DNA of 34,385 nucleotides from a virus: UHGV virus genome UHGV-0351038; one strand, 5' to 3'. Shown piece by piece: positions 15,447 to 24,884 of this stretch (position 1 is its first letter; each line of letters starts with the position of its first letter). The notes under the pieces were generated by a model. It saw only the letters and a program-made list of their open reading frames with translations, ran no database searches and was not told where the DNA came from. The position numbers and the translations under genes were made by a program.

Positions 15447-17921
15447 ATGAGTAAAGTCTTTATTTGCGCCGCCATTCCTGACGAACAGGCAATTAAGGAA
15501 GAAGGTGCAGTTGCTGTAGCCACTGCCATCGAAGCTGGTGACGAACGCCGCGCCCGAGCCAAATTTACCTGGCAATTCCTGGAGCAATATCCGGCTGCTC
15601 AGGACTGTGCTTATAAATTTCTTGTCTGCGAGGATAAACCCGGCATGGCCCGCCCTGCCCTTGATTCCTGGGATACCGAATATATGCAGGAAAACCGCTG
15701 GGATGAGGGATCGTCTTCCTTTGTCCCGGTCGAACCAGAGCCGAATACAGAAATTGTTAACTTTAATCAGTTATCCGACGACAAACAGGCCGCTGTTCTC
15801 GTTAAGTTTGGCGCACATGAAAACGTCACCGTGGATATGGTCATCAACGCAAGCGGGCTTCTTGGCGATGACGACATGATGACCTTTGACGGACACCTCG
15901 CAGAGGCAATTATCCGGACTAAAGAAATTAACGCCATGTATCCGGAACGTCAGATTGAATACATCAACGATGCCAGACGTGATTTAAAACCAACCGCCAA
16001 ATGGCCCGACGTTCAGGCATATTTTCTCGACCGTAAAAAACGCATGGAAAAGGAGCGCAAAGAAGGTGGTGCATATGCTTCTGTTGTTGATCTTGCCCGT
16101 GCCAGCGTCAACCGGCAGAACACTGAAAACTCAGTAGCAAAAATCAACCCTGTCACTACTGCCATTCGTCGCGAATACAAGCAGACATGGAAAACACTGG
16201 ATGATGAACTGGCCTATGCTCTGTGGCCTGGGGACATTGATGCCGGAAACATTGACGGCAGCATCCATCGCTGGGCAAAAAATGAAGTTATCGACAACGA
16301 CCGCGAAGACTGGAAGCGTATCTCGGCATCAATGCGCAAACAGCCTGATGCCCTTCGCTACGACCGCCAGACTATTTTTGGCCTTGTCCGTGAACGTCCG
16401 ATCGACATTCACAAAGACCCTGTGGCACTGAACAAATACATTACTGAATACCTGACTACAAAGGGCGTGTTTGAAGATGAAGGAAGAAATCAGAGCGCAA
16501 CTGATACTCTCTCGTCGCCAGTACCAGAAACTGATGCAGTGGAAACGGCAATTCCGGACAACGAAAAAACCGAATGCAAAGTGGAAATCGAACCATCTGT
16601 AGAGCGTGAGGGGCCGTTCTACTTCCTCTTCACCGACAAGGATGGCGAAAAATACGGTCGCGCAAACAAACTTTCTGGTCTGGATAAGGCACTGGCTGCC
16701 GGGGCTACTGAAATCACGAAAGAAGAATATTTCGCCCGCAAAAACGGTACATACTCAGGTTCACAACAAAATACTGGTGCATCTGACACGACCGCACAAC
16801 CAGAGCCGGTAAAAGTTACCGCTGACGAAGTAAACAAAATTATGCAGGCAGCCAATATCAGCCAGCCTGACGCCAATCAGCTGCTTGCAGTATCACGTGG
16901 TGAATTTGTTGCAGGGATTAGCGACCCGAACGATCCGAAATGGGTGAAGGGGATTGAAACCCGCGATTCTGTGAACCAGAACCAGCAAGAAACGGAACAG
17001 AACGACCAGAAAGCGGAACAAAACAGCCCAAATGCGTTACAAAACGAGCCAGAAACGAAACAACCTGAGCCAGTAGCGCAACAGGAAGCGGAAAAAGTCT
17101 GCACCGCCTGTGGTCAGACCGGCGGCGGCAACTGCCCTGATTGTGGTGCGGTGATGGGCGACGCAACATACCAGGAAACATTCGATGAAGAGAATCAGGC
17201 TGAAGTTCAGGAAAATGATCCGGAGGAAATGGAAGGCGCTGAACATCCACACAAGGAGAATGCTGGCAGCGCTCAGGACCACGCCAGCGATAATGAAACT
17301 GGCGAGACGGCAGATTCCTTAATTGCGGTGAACGGTCATCACGTTATCACATCCACCAGCAGAGTGTGGCACCATCTGATGATCGACCTTGAAACGATGG
17401 GAACAAATCCTGATGCGCCAATCAACTCTATTGGCGGTAAATTCTTTGATCCCGAAACCGGAGAGATGGGGCCGGAATTTAGCAAGACCATCGATCTGGA
17501 TACTGCTGGCGGAGTCATTGATCGTGACGTCATTAAATGGTGGCTTAAGCAATCACGCGAGGCGCAATCTGCCATTCTGACCGATGAAATCCCGTTAGAT
17601 GATGCACTACTGCAATTGCGGGAATTTATCGACGAAAACTCCGGTGAATTTTTTGTTCAGGTCTGGGGAAATGGAGCCAACTTCGACAACGTGATTTTAC
17701 GCCGTTCATACGAACGGCAGGGGATCCCCTGCCCGTGGCGTTATTGCAACGATCGCGATGTGCGCACAATCGTTGAGCTGGGAAAAACCCTGAACTTCGA
17801 TGCCAGAACGGATATTCCATTCGACGGTGAGCGCCACAATGCACTTGATGACGCCCGTTACCAGGCAAAATACGTTTCAGCTATCTGGCAAAAACTGATC
17901 CCGAGTCAGGCTGATTTTTAA
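15447..17921 (+). CDS. RecE-like large protein (824 aa) with C-terminal DEDDh-type 3'-5' exonuclease motifs
   Basis: Middle region (LLAVSRGEFVAGISDPNDPKWVKGIETRD) matches recalled RecE; C-terminus has Exo I MIDLETMG, Exo II WGNGANFDNVIL, Exo III HNALDDARYQAKY; a CxxC...CPDC motif precedes it. Confidence 0.65.
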   Translation: MSKVFICAAIPDEQAIKEEGAVAVATAIEAGDERRARAKFTWQFLEQYPAAQDCAYKFLVCEDKPGMARPALDSWDTEYMQENRWDEGSSSFVPVEPEPNTEIVNFNQLSDDKQAAVLVKFGAHENVTVDMVINASGLLGDDDMMTFDGHLAEAIIRTKEINAMYPERQIEYINDARRDLKPTAKWPDVQAYFLDRKKRMEKERKEGGAYASVVDLARASVNRQNTENSVAKINPVTTAIRREYKQTWKTLDDELAYALWPGDIDAGNIDGSIHRWAKNEVIDNDREDWKRISASMRKQPDALRYDRQTIFGLVRERPIDIHKDPVALNKYITEYLTTKGVFEDEGRNQSATDTLSSPVPETDAVETAIPDNEKTECKVEIEPSVEREGPFYFLFTDKDGEKYGRANKLSGLDKALAAGATEITKEEYFARKNGTYSGSQQNTGASDTTAQPEPVKVTADEVNKIMQAANISQPDANQLLAVSRGEFVAGISDPNDPKWVKGIETRDSVNQNQQETEQNDQKAEQNSPNALQNEPETKQPEPVAQQEAEKVCTACGQTGGGNCPDCGAVMGDATYQETFDEENQAEVQENDPEEMEGAEHPHKENAGSAQDHASDNETGETADSLIAVNGHHVITSTSRVWHHLMIDLETMGTNPDAPINSIGGKFFDPETGEMGPEFSKTIDLDTAGGVIDRDVIKWWLKQSREAQSAILTDEIPLDDALLQLREFIDENSGEFFVQVWGNGANFDNVILRRSYERQGIPCPWRYCNDRDVRTIVELGKTLNFDARTDIPFDGERHNALDDARYQAKYVSAIWQKLIPSQADF

Positions 17922-17990
17922 TGTTCAACCATCGCCGGTTGTAACTGGTATTCTGCAACCGGCGCTCATCTGAAGTAAGAGATAAAAGCA

Positions 17991-18242
17991 ATGAGCGAAG
18001 TAGTCATGATTGTCTCTCCCGGTAAATGGGTATCCGAAGAACAGCTAATTGCACTGAAAGGAATAAAAAAGGGAACGCTAAAAAAAGCCAGGGAAAAATC
18101 GTTTATGGAAGGAAGAGAGTATAAGCATGTCGCCCATGACTGTATGCCATGGGATAACAGCCCATGCTTTTACAACCTGGAAGAAATTGACCGCTGGATT
18201 GAGCGCCAGGCATTAGCAAGACCAAGACGCCATCTTACTTGA
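17991..18242 (+). CDS. xis: Excisionase-like protein (Xis)
   Basis: 83-aa basic protein immediately upstream of the integrase; typical int-adjacent excisionase position and size. Confidence 0.6.
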   Translation: MSEVVMIVSPGKWVSEEQLIALKGIKKGTLKKAREKSFMEGREYKHVAHDCMPWDNSPCFYNLEEIDRWIERQALARPRRHLT

Positions 18243-18276
18243 CTAAAAGCCACACTAACCAATGAGAGAAGCTGAA

Positions 18277-19557
18277 ATGAAATATCCGACAGGCGTGGAA
18301 AACCATGGAGGGAAATTGCGTATCTGGTTTGTTTATAAAGGTGTAAGAGTCAGAGAAAATCTGGGGGTTCCTGACACGGCAAAAAACAGGCGCATTGCAG
18401 GTGAGCTGCGCGCCTCTGTTTGTTACGCAATAAAAACTGGTGTTTTCGACTATGCAAAACAGTTTCCCTCCTCACACAATCTGGAAAAATTTGGTGAGGC
18501 CCGACAAGATTTAACCATAAAGGAACTGGCTGAAAAATTTCTGGCACTGAAAGAAACGGAAGTCGCAAAAACGTCACTCAACACGTACCGTGCCGTCATC
18601 AAAAATATTCTGAGCATAATCGGTGAAAAAAATCTTGCATCGTCGATTAATAAAGAAAAATTGCTGGCGGTACGTAAAGAGTTACTTACTGGATACCAGA
18701 TCCCCAAAAGTAATTATATTGTTACGCAACCGGGGAGATCGGCTGTCACCGTAAATAATTACATGACAAATCTTTACGCCGTGTTCCAGTTTGGTGTTGA
18801 TAACGGTTACCTGGCAGATAATCCGTTTAAGGGGATCTCGCCATTAAAGGAATCAAGAACCATTCCTGATCCTCTTTCACGGGAGGAATTTATCCGTCTT
18901 ATCGACGCCTGCAGGAATCAGCAGGCCAAAAATTTATGGTGCGTTTCTGTTTATACAGGCATTCGCCCTGGTGAGCTGTGCGCGCTTGGCTGGGAGGACA
19001 TAGATCTGAAAAATGGAACAATGATGATCAGAAGAAATTTAGCAAAAGATCGTTTTACGGTACCGAAAACACAGGCTGGTACCAATCGGGTAATTCACCT
19101 TATCAAGCCTGCAATCGACGCTCTCAGGAATCAGATGACACTAACGAGGCTGAGCAAAGAGCATATTATTGACGTTCACCTCAGAGAGTTTGGCAGAACA
19201 GAAAAACAAAAATGCACCTTTGTTTTTCAACCTGAAGTGTCAGCGAGAGTAAAAAATTATGGTGACCATTTTACCGTTGACTCAATAAGGCAGATGTGGG
19301 ACGCAGCGATAAAGCGCGCTGGCCTCCGCCACCGCAAATCATATCAGTCGAGACATACTTATGCCTGCTGGTCGCTGACAGCCGGTGCCAACCCGGCATT
19401 CATAGCAAACCAGATGGGACATGCAGATGCGCAAATGGTGTTTCAGGTATACGGGAAATGGATGTCTGAAAACAATAATGCACAGGTAGCCCTGTTAAAT
19501 ACACAGCTAAGCGAGTTTGCCCCAACCATGCCCCAAAACAAGGCGACGCAAAATTAA
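18277..19557 (+). CDS. int: Tyrosine site-specific integrase
   Basis: About 427 aa; C-terminal catalytic region with conserved R (GIRPGELCAL), H-x-x-R (RHTYACW) and terminal Tyr region (MVFQVYGKW). Confidence 0.85.
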   Translation: MKYPTGVENHGGKLRIWFVYKGVRVRENLGVPDTAKNRRIAGELRASVCYAIKTGVFDYAKQFPSSHNLEKFGEARQDLTIKELAEKFLALKETEVAKTSLNTYRAVIKNILSIIGEKNLASSINKEKLLAVRKELLTGYQIPKSNYIVTQPGRSAVTVNNYMTNLYAVFQFGVDNGYLADNPFKGISPLKESRTIPDPLSREEFIRLIDACRNQQAKNLWCVSVYTGIRPGELCALGWEDIDLKNGTMMIRRNLAKDRFTVPKTQAGTNRVIHLIKPAIDALRNQMTLTRLSKEHIIDVHLREFGRTEKQKCTFVFQPEVSARVKNYGDHFTVDSIRQMWDAAIKRAGLRHRKSYQSRHTYACWSLTAGANPAFIANQMGHADAQMVFQVYGKWMSENNNAQVALLNTQLSEFAPTMPQNKATQN

Positions 19558-19948
19558 ACTGTTAATTATCAAATAGTTACTATCAATGACTCTTGAAATC
19601 CATAATTCACAGGTGTTTTTTCTCATCCTGTGGTTTCCTTGGCACTTTCTAGGTTTTTTCAGATAGTTACATTTTTTCAAAAGCATCCTGAGTTCGATCT
19701 TACTATCTATCTGTGGCCTATTTCTGTCCCATATATGCCCCAAAAAACACCCCAACAGATAAGTAGTCTTTTCATGGTGTTACGCGTGAAAACAATAACG
19801 GTCGAAAATTATTCAATACATGCACTCTCGAAATTGCATCAGCCAACCGCAAAACGTTATTTCAAAGCCTACTAGCTGCCTTACTTTTTTCCTCAATAAC
19901 ACGTCGCCAGTAGGAAACAACCTAATCCCTGTTTTGGGCCCCAAAGTT

Positions 19949-19967
19949 GTTAATGATAATCATTTTC
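19949..19967. promoter_or_regulatory. Fur box-like site upstream of sitA (GTTAATGATAATCATTTTC)
   Basis: 17/19 match by eye to the Fur consensus GATAATGATAATCATTATC. Confidence 0.6.
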
Positions 19968-19989
19968 ATTTTGTATAGGTTATGTTATA

Positions 19990-20011
19990 AAACATAGCCG
20001 TTGCTATGTTT
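19990..20011. promoter_or_regulatory. MntR operator-like palindrome AAACATAGC-CGTT-GCTATGTTT upstream of sitA
   Basis: Perfect 9-bp inverted repeat 33 bp upstream of the sitA ATG; matches the recalled MntR box pattern. Confidence 0.6.
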
Positions 20012-20043
20012 GTTCTAATTTTGCTCACTATAGGTACTAAATT

Positions 20044-20958
20044 ATGCACTCAATAAAAAAAGTAACCATGCTCTTGGGGGGCCTCGCACTCACCTGCTCG
20101 ATCGCATTTCAGGCAAGTGCAACTGAAAAATTCAAGGTCATTACAACATTTACCATCATCGCGGATATGGCCAAAAACGTGGCAGGAGATGCTGCAGAAG
20201 TCTCATCCATAACCAAGCCTGGTGCAGAAATTCATGAGTATCAGCCTACCCCTGGCGATATTAAACGTGCGCAGGGGGCACAACTGATTCTCGCCAATGG
20301 TATGAATCTGGAATTGTGGTTCCAACGCTTTTACCAGCATCTCAATGGGGTTCCAGAAGTAATTGTCTCTTCGGGTGTGACGCCTGTAGGGATCACCGAA
20401 GGACCCTATGAGGGCAAACCTAACCCCCATGCATGGATGTCGCCAGATAATGCTCTGATTTACGTCGATAATATTCGTGATGCGTTGATAAAATACGATC
20501 CGGCAAATGCACAAACCTACCAACGCAATGCCGATACTTATAAAGCCAAGATTACCCAAACCCTTGCCCCCCTGCGTAAGCAGATTACGGAACTCCCTGA
20601 GAATCAGCGATGGATGGTCACCAGTGAAGGGGCTTTTTCTTATCTCGCACGCGATTTGGGGCTAAAAGAGCTTTATCTGTGGCCGATTAATGCCGATCAA
20701 CAAGGAACACCGCAGCAGGTACGTAAGGTTGTTGATATAGTTAAGAAAAATCATATCCCGGCAGTCTTTAGCGAGAGTACGATTTCCGATAAACCAGCGC
20801 GTCAGGTTGCGCGTGAAACCGGCGCACACTACGGCGGTGTGCTCTATGTCGATTCACTGAGCACAGAAAACGGCCCGGTACCGACGTATATCGACCTTCT
20901 TAAGGTTACTACCAGTACGCTGGTACAGGGAATTAAAGCCGGGAAAAGGGAGAAATAA
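20044..20958 (+). CDS. sitA: Periplasmic Mn/Fe-binding protein of ABC transporter (SitA/YfeA family)
   Basis: 304 aa with signal peptide; conserved cluster-9 metal-binding protein motifs ([32 protein letters not shown]); first of four genes. Confidence 0.8.
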   Translation: MHSIKKVTMLLGGLALTCSIAFQASATEKFKVITTFTIIADMAKNVAGDAAEVSSITKPGAEIHEYQPTPGDIKRAQGAQLILANGMNLELWFQRFYQHLNGVPEVIVSSGVTPVGITEGPYEGKPNPHAWMSPDNALIYVDNIRDALIKYDPANAQTYQRNADTYKAKITQTLAPLRKQITELPENQRWMVTSEGAFSYLARDLGLKELYLWPINADQQGTPQQVRKVVDIVKKNHIPAVFSESTISDKPARQVARETGAHYGGVLYVDSLSTENGPVPTYIDLLKVTTSTLVQGIKAGKREK

Positions 20959-21785
20959 TGATGCAATCTGCAGGCATTGTCGTTAATGATGTTACTGTCA
21001 CCTGGCGTAACGGGCACACAGCACTGCGCGATGCATCCTTCACAGTACCAAGTGGATCTATTGCCGCTCTGGTTGGGGTAAACGGTTCCGGAAAATCGAC
21101 GTTGTTTAAAGCGATTATGGGATTTGTGCGTCTGACCAGCGGAAAGATATCTGTTCTGGGTATTCCCACGCGACAGGCGTTACAGAAAAACCTGGTTGCC
21201 TACGTCCCTCAGTCAGAAGAGGTTGACTGGTCATTTCCTGTACTGGTGGAAGATGTGGTGATGATGGGCCGCTATGGGCATATGGGTATGTTGCGTATCG
21301 CCAAAAAGAGGGATCGTCAAATTGTCACCGATGCGCTGGAACGTGTCGATATGGTGAATTTTCGCCATCGACAAATCGGCGAGCTTTCCGGTGGACAAAA
21401 GAAACGCGTCTTTCTGGCGAGAGCGATTGCACAGCAGGGTGATGTGATCCTGCTGGATGAACCTTTTACTGGCGTTGATGTGAAAACCGAAGCCAAAATC
21501 ATCAGCCTGTTGAGGGAGTTACGCGCGGAAGGCAAAACGATGCTTGTCTCAACACACAATCTCGGATCCGTCACGACATTTTGCGATTATACGGTCATGG
21601 TCAAAGGCACCGTCCTGGCAAGCGGGCCGACAGACACCACTTTTACAGCCGAGAACCTGGAGCTGGCTTTTAGCGGCGTACTGCGCCATGTCACACTTAA
21701 CGGCTCGGAAGAAAGCATTATTACTGACGATGAACGCCCTTTTGTGGCTCATCGACCGTCAGCGGTGCAGAGGGAAGAAAGATGA
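20958..21785 (+). CDS. sitB: ABC transporter ATP-binding protein
   Basis: Walker [10 protein letters not shown], signature LSGGQKKR, Walker B ILLDEP. Confidence 0.8.
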   Translation: MMQSAGIVVNDVTVTWRNGHTALRDASFTVPSGSIAALVGVNGSGKSTLFKAIMGFVRLTSGKISVLGIPTRQALQKNLVAYVPQSEEVDWSFPVLVEDVVMMGRYGHMGMLRIAKKRDRQIVTDALERVDMVNFRHRQIGELSGGQKKRVFLARAIAQQGDVILLDEPFTGVDVKTEAKIISLLRELRAEGKTMLVSTHNLGSVTTFCDYTVMVKGTVLASGPTDTTFTAENLELAFSGVLRHVTLNGSEESIITDDERPFVAHRPSAVQREER

Positions 21786-22639
21786 ACGTGCTACTGGAAC
21801 CCTTCAGCTATGAATATATGCTCAATGCGATGTGGGTCTCGGCGATGGTCGGCGGTCTCTGCGCTTTCCTGTCATGCTATCTGATGCTAAAAGGCTGGTC
21901 GCTGATTGGCGATGCGTTGTCGCACTCTATTGTCCCGGGTGTTGCGGGGGCATATATGCTGGGGCTTCCGTTTTCTCTGGGAGCCTTCTTTTCCGGCGGA
22001 CTGGCTGCGGGCAGCATGCTGTTTCTTAACCAACGCACCCGCTTAAAAGAAGATGCCATCATCGGCCTGATCTTCTCGTCCTTTTTTGGCCTGGGGCTGT
22101 TTATGGTGTCATTGAACCCGACATCTGTGAACATTCAGACCATCGTCCTGGGCAATATTCTGGCAATCGATCCGGCGGATATCCTGCAACTCACTATCAT
22201 TGGCATTCTCTCGATCATCGTGCTTTTTTTCAAATGGAAAGATCTTATGGTGACCTTTTTCGACGAGAATCACGCCCGTGCTATTGGATTGCATCCGGGC
22301 AGATTAAAACTCCTCTTCTTCACCCTGCTGTCGGTTTCGACCGTTGCGGCGCTGCAAACGGTTGGTGCCTTTCTGGTGATCTGTCTGGTGGTGACTCCCG
22401 GTGCAACAGCATGGTTGTTAACCGATCGTTTTCCCCGCCTGCTCATGATTGCTGTAACTATTGGCAGTGTAACCAGTTTCCTCGGCGCGTGGGTCAGTTA
22501 CTTTCTGGACGGCGCGACAGGTGGAATCATCGTGGTGGCGCAGACACTGCTGTTTCTTTTAGCATTTGTCTTTGCGCCCACCCATGGGCTTTTGGCAAAT
22601 CGTCGGCGTGCACATAAGGCGCTGGAGGATCGCTCATGA
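21782..22639 (+). CDS. sitC: ABC transporter permease
   Basis: 285-aa polytopic membrane protein; overlapping start/stop with neighbours. Confidence 0.75.
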   Translation: MNVLLEPFSYEYMLNAMWVSAMVGGLCAFLSCYLMLKGWSLIGDALSHSIVPGVAGAYMLGLPFSLGAFFSGGLAAGSMLFLNQRTRLKEDAIIGLIFSSFFGLGLFMVSLNPTSVNIQTIVLGNILAIDPADILQLTIIGILSIIVLFFKWKDLMVTFFDENHARAIGLHPGRLKLLFFTLLSVSTVAALQTVGAFLVICLVVTPGATAWLLTDRFPRLLMIAVTIGSVTSFLGAWVSYFLDGATGGIIVVAQTLLFLLAFVFAPTHGLLANRRRAHKALEDRS

Positions 22640-23493
22640 TGGCATTATTACTGGAGCCACTGCAGTTCACCTTTATGAGTCACGCACTACTGATTTCACT
22701 GTTAGTTTCCATACCCTGTGCGCTGCTGTCGGTCTTTCTGGTCCTGAAAGGTTGGGCACTGATGGGTGACGCGATGAGTCATGCGGTTTTTCCTGGCATC
22801 GTGCTTGCCTGGATTCTGGGGTTACCTTTGGCTACAGGGGCATTCGTCGCCGGAGTATTCTGCGCGGTGGCGACGGGATACCTGAAAGACAACAGCCGAA
22901 TCAAGCAAGATACAGTGATGGGGATTGTTTTTTCTGGCATGTTTGCCGCAGGTCTGATCTTGTATATTGCAGTCAAACCAGACGTACATCTTGACCATAT
23001 TCTTTTCGGCGACATGCTCGGGATAACCATCGGCGATATAATCCAGACGATGATTATTGCCGGGCTGGTTACACTTGTTATTAGCGTAAAATGGCGGGAT
23101 TTTTTGCTGTTCAGCTTTGATTATCAACAGGCGCAGGTAAGCGGTTTGCATACGAGATGGCTGCATTATGGGCTGCTGTGCATGGTCTCTCTGACCATTG
23201 TGGCGACGCTGAAAGCGGTAGGTATCATTCTCTCCATTTCTCTGCTCATTGCGCCTGGCGCCATTGCGGTACTCCTGACACAACGCTTTCACATTGCGCT
23301 CCTACTGGCGACTGGCATATCGGTAATAGTGTCAATGACTGGTGTCTGGTTGTCCTTTTTTATCGACAGCGCACCAGCTCCGACGATTGTCGTCTTATTC
23401 GCGGTTTTGTTCATCATGACGTTTGCCGTTACCAGCATCAACGCACGCAAAAAGGGAAACTCCCATACACAGGATCTGTTATCACCCAATTAG
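22636..23493 (+). CDS. sitD: ABC transporter permease
   Basis: 285-aa polytopic membrane protein, paralogous to the preceding permease. Confidence 0.75.
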   Translation: MMALLLEPLQFTFMSHALLISLLVSIPCALLSVFLVLKGWALMGDAMSHAVFPGIVLAWILGLPLATGAFVAGVFCAVATGYLKDNSRIKQDTVMGIVFSGMFAAGLILYIAVKPDVHLDHILFGDMLGITIGDIIQTMIIAGLVTLVISVKWRDFLLFSFDYQQAQVSGLHTRWLHYGLLCMVSLTIVATLKAVGIILSISLLIAPGAIAVLLTQRFHIALLLATGISVIVSMTGVWLSFFIDSAPAPTIVVLFAVLFIMTFAVTSINARKKGNSHTQDLLSPN

Positions 23494-23584
23494 CACAATA
23501 TCCGAGGACAGCAACACCCGATACTTTTTCCTGGCTTCCAGCAACGGGGGTTCTTCCTCCGTTGCATATACAGCTCACCTTTTT

Positions 23585-23878
23585 TCACCCACGATTAACC
23601 AACAGCCAGAGCAGCAGACACGCCACCACCGGCACAGCAAAATCCATCAGGCTTGCCACATCCCACGCGCGCGGATCAAAACCGCCCCACCACGGCATAT
23701 TCATTCGCTTGCCATGCCCGAACATTTCAATCCAGCGATATTCTGCCTGGGTGTGTTCACGCGCAATGAAGAACGTACAACCGGCTATCGCCCCGTAAAC
23801 CCAGTTTCCGGTAAAAAGACCAATCAGTACCTGCGCAGCCACAGCACAAAGCGCATGAAGAAAAGGTGTTATATCCAT
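23585..23878 (-). CDS. Small inner-membrane protein (97 aa)
   Basis: ATG start; two or three predicted TM segments; between tail-fibre genes and sit operon. Confidence 0.45.
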   Translation of the reverse strand: MDITPFLHALCAVAAQVLIGLFTGNWVYGAIAGCTFFIAREHTQAEYRWIEMFGHGKRMNMPWWGGFDPRAWDVASLMDFAVPVVACLLLWLLVNRG

Positions 23879-23888
23879 TACTCCTCCT

Positions 23889-24593
23889 TTATCCGATATC
23901 GCTTCGGGAAGTTGATAACAACTTCAATTCTGACTCAAGTTCATCAAATCTTTCAGTCAGTTTCTGGATATGGTGAATCAGTGGAACAACCAGACGTTCG
24001 TACATTACACCTTCGGCAACAAGGCCATTGCTGGAAATAGCTTCCGGTGCATCATCTTCGTTAGCTGATCGCCAGTGTACAAACTGGGGGGCAATTTCTC
24101 CTACTTCCTCGGCAATCAATCCATAGAATCCCCAATCGCGCCTGTCATTTTCGCATTGCGACCTGTACCACACAGGGCGCATCCTGAAAATGAGATCGGC
24201 GTGCTCTGAATCTATCGTCTCTACTGAATGTTTATAGCGGATAGACGATGTTGACCGCAGCACAGACGAAATTGCAGGGTCAGGATTAAGATAAAGGTTT
24301 GCCGCCGCTGTAGTCGTGCCCAATCCCCACAAATAAAACGCTTCACGGCCAGTCAACGGGTAAAAATCTCCACCATAACGACCGCTTTCCAGAGCGTTCA
24401 CTTCCAGTTTGTTTTTCAGCTTATTATCAACTTCAGTTTTTGTGTATCTGGTGCTGATATCCTGCTTTGCACTGGTCATATCAGCCTGAAGCGTTGATAC
24501 TTTTCCGTTAATTGAGGAAATATCTTCCTTGGCTTTACTGACATCTCCCTTTAACGTGGTGATGTCTCCTGGAATTACTGTCGATGTAGCCAT
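23889..24593 (-). CDS. Tail-fibre-associated protein: N-terminal coiled coil plus C-terminal intramolecular-chaperone (peptidase S74-like) domain
   Basis: N-terminus heptad-like (LKGDVSKAKEDISSINGKVSTLQADMTSAKQDI); C-terminal part has ...SSIRYKH... and ...GLIAEEVGEIAPQFV... resembling the chaperone domain of tail spikes/fibres. Not lambda Tfa-like. Confidence 0.4.
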   Translation of the reverse strand: MATSTVIPGDITTLKGDVSKAKEDISSINGKVSTLQADMTSAKQDISTRYTKTEVDNKLKNKLEVNALESGRYGGDFYPLTGREAFYLWGLGTTTAAANLYLNPDPAISSVLRSTSSIRYKHSVETIDSEHADLIFRMRPVWYRSQCENDRRDWGFYGLIAEEVGEIAPQFVHWRSANEDDAPEAISSNGLVAEGVMYERLVVPLIHHIQKLTERFDELESELKLLSTSRSDIG

Positions 24594-24602
24594 TTGTCTC
24601 CC

Positions 24603-24884
24603 TCACATCCAGCCACGAAGTTGATGTTCAACTACAACCGCGTATTCATCGAATATTGACGATTTTTTTGCATCATTAATGATGCGCACGTTTACAAAAT
24701 ATCCATCTTCCTTAACACATACCGGTTCGCCATCTTCAGTCAGTTCTCCGGTTTCTTTGTACACGTTACCTATCACGTCAATAAGAATATCATCCTGCAT
24801 CGACTCGTCATCATAATAGCCAATGCTATCCATAAAGGCCGAAAAGTCGGCCCTGTCTGCAAATTTGAGTGTTAAATCTTTCAT
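24603..24884 (-). CDS. Hypothetical acidic protein (93 aa) downstream of the fibre gene
   Basis: ATG overlaps the stop of the fibre gene; no family recognised. Confidence 0.4.
   Translation of the reverse strand: MKDLTLKFADRADFSAFMDSIGYYDDESMQDDILIDVIGNVYKETGELTEDGEPVCVKEDGYFVNVRIINDAKKSSIFDEYAVVVEHQLRGWM

Noticed and set aside
23157-24040. Plus-strand ORFs of 213 and 205 aa
   Set aside because: Overlap sitD, the small membrane-protein gene and the S74-like gene in antisense or alternate frames; no start context.
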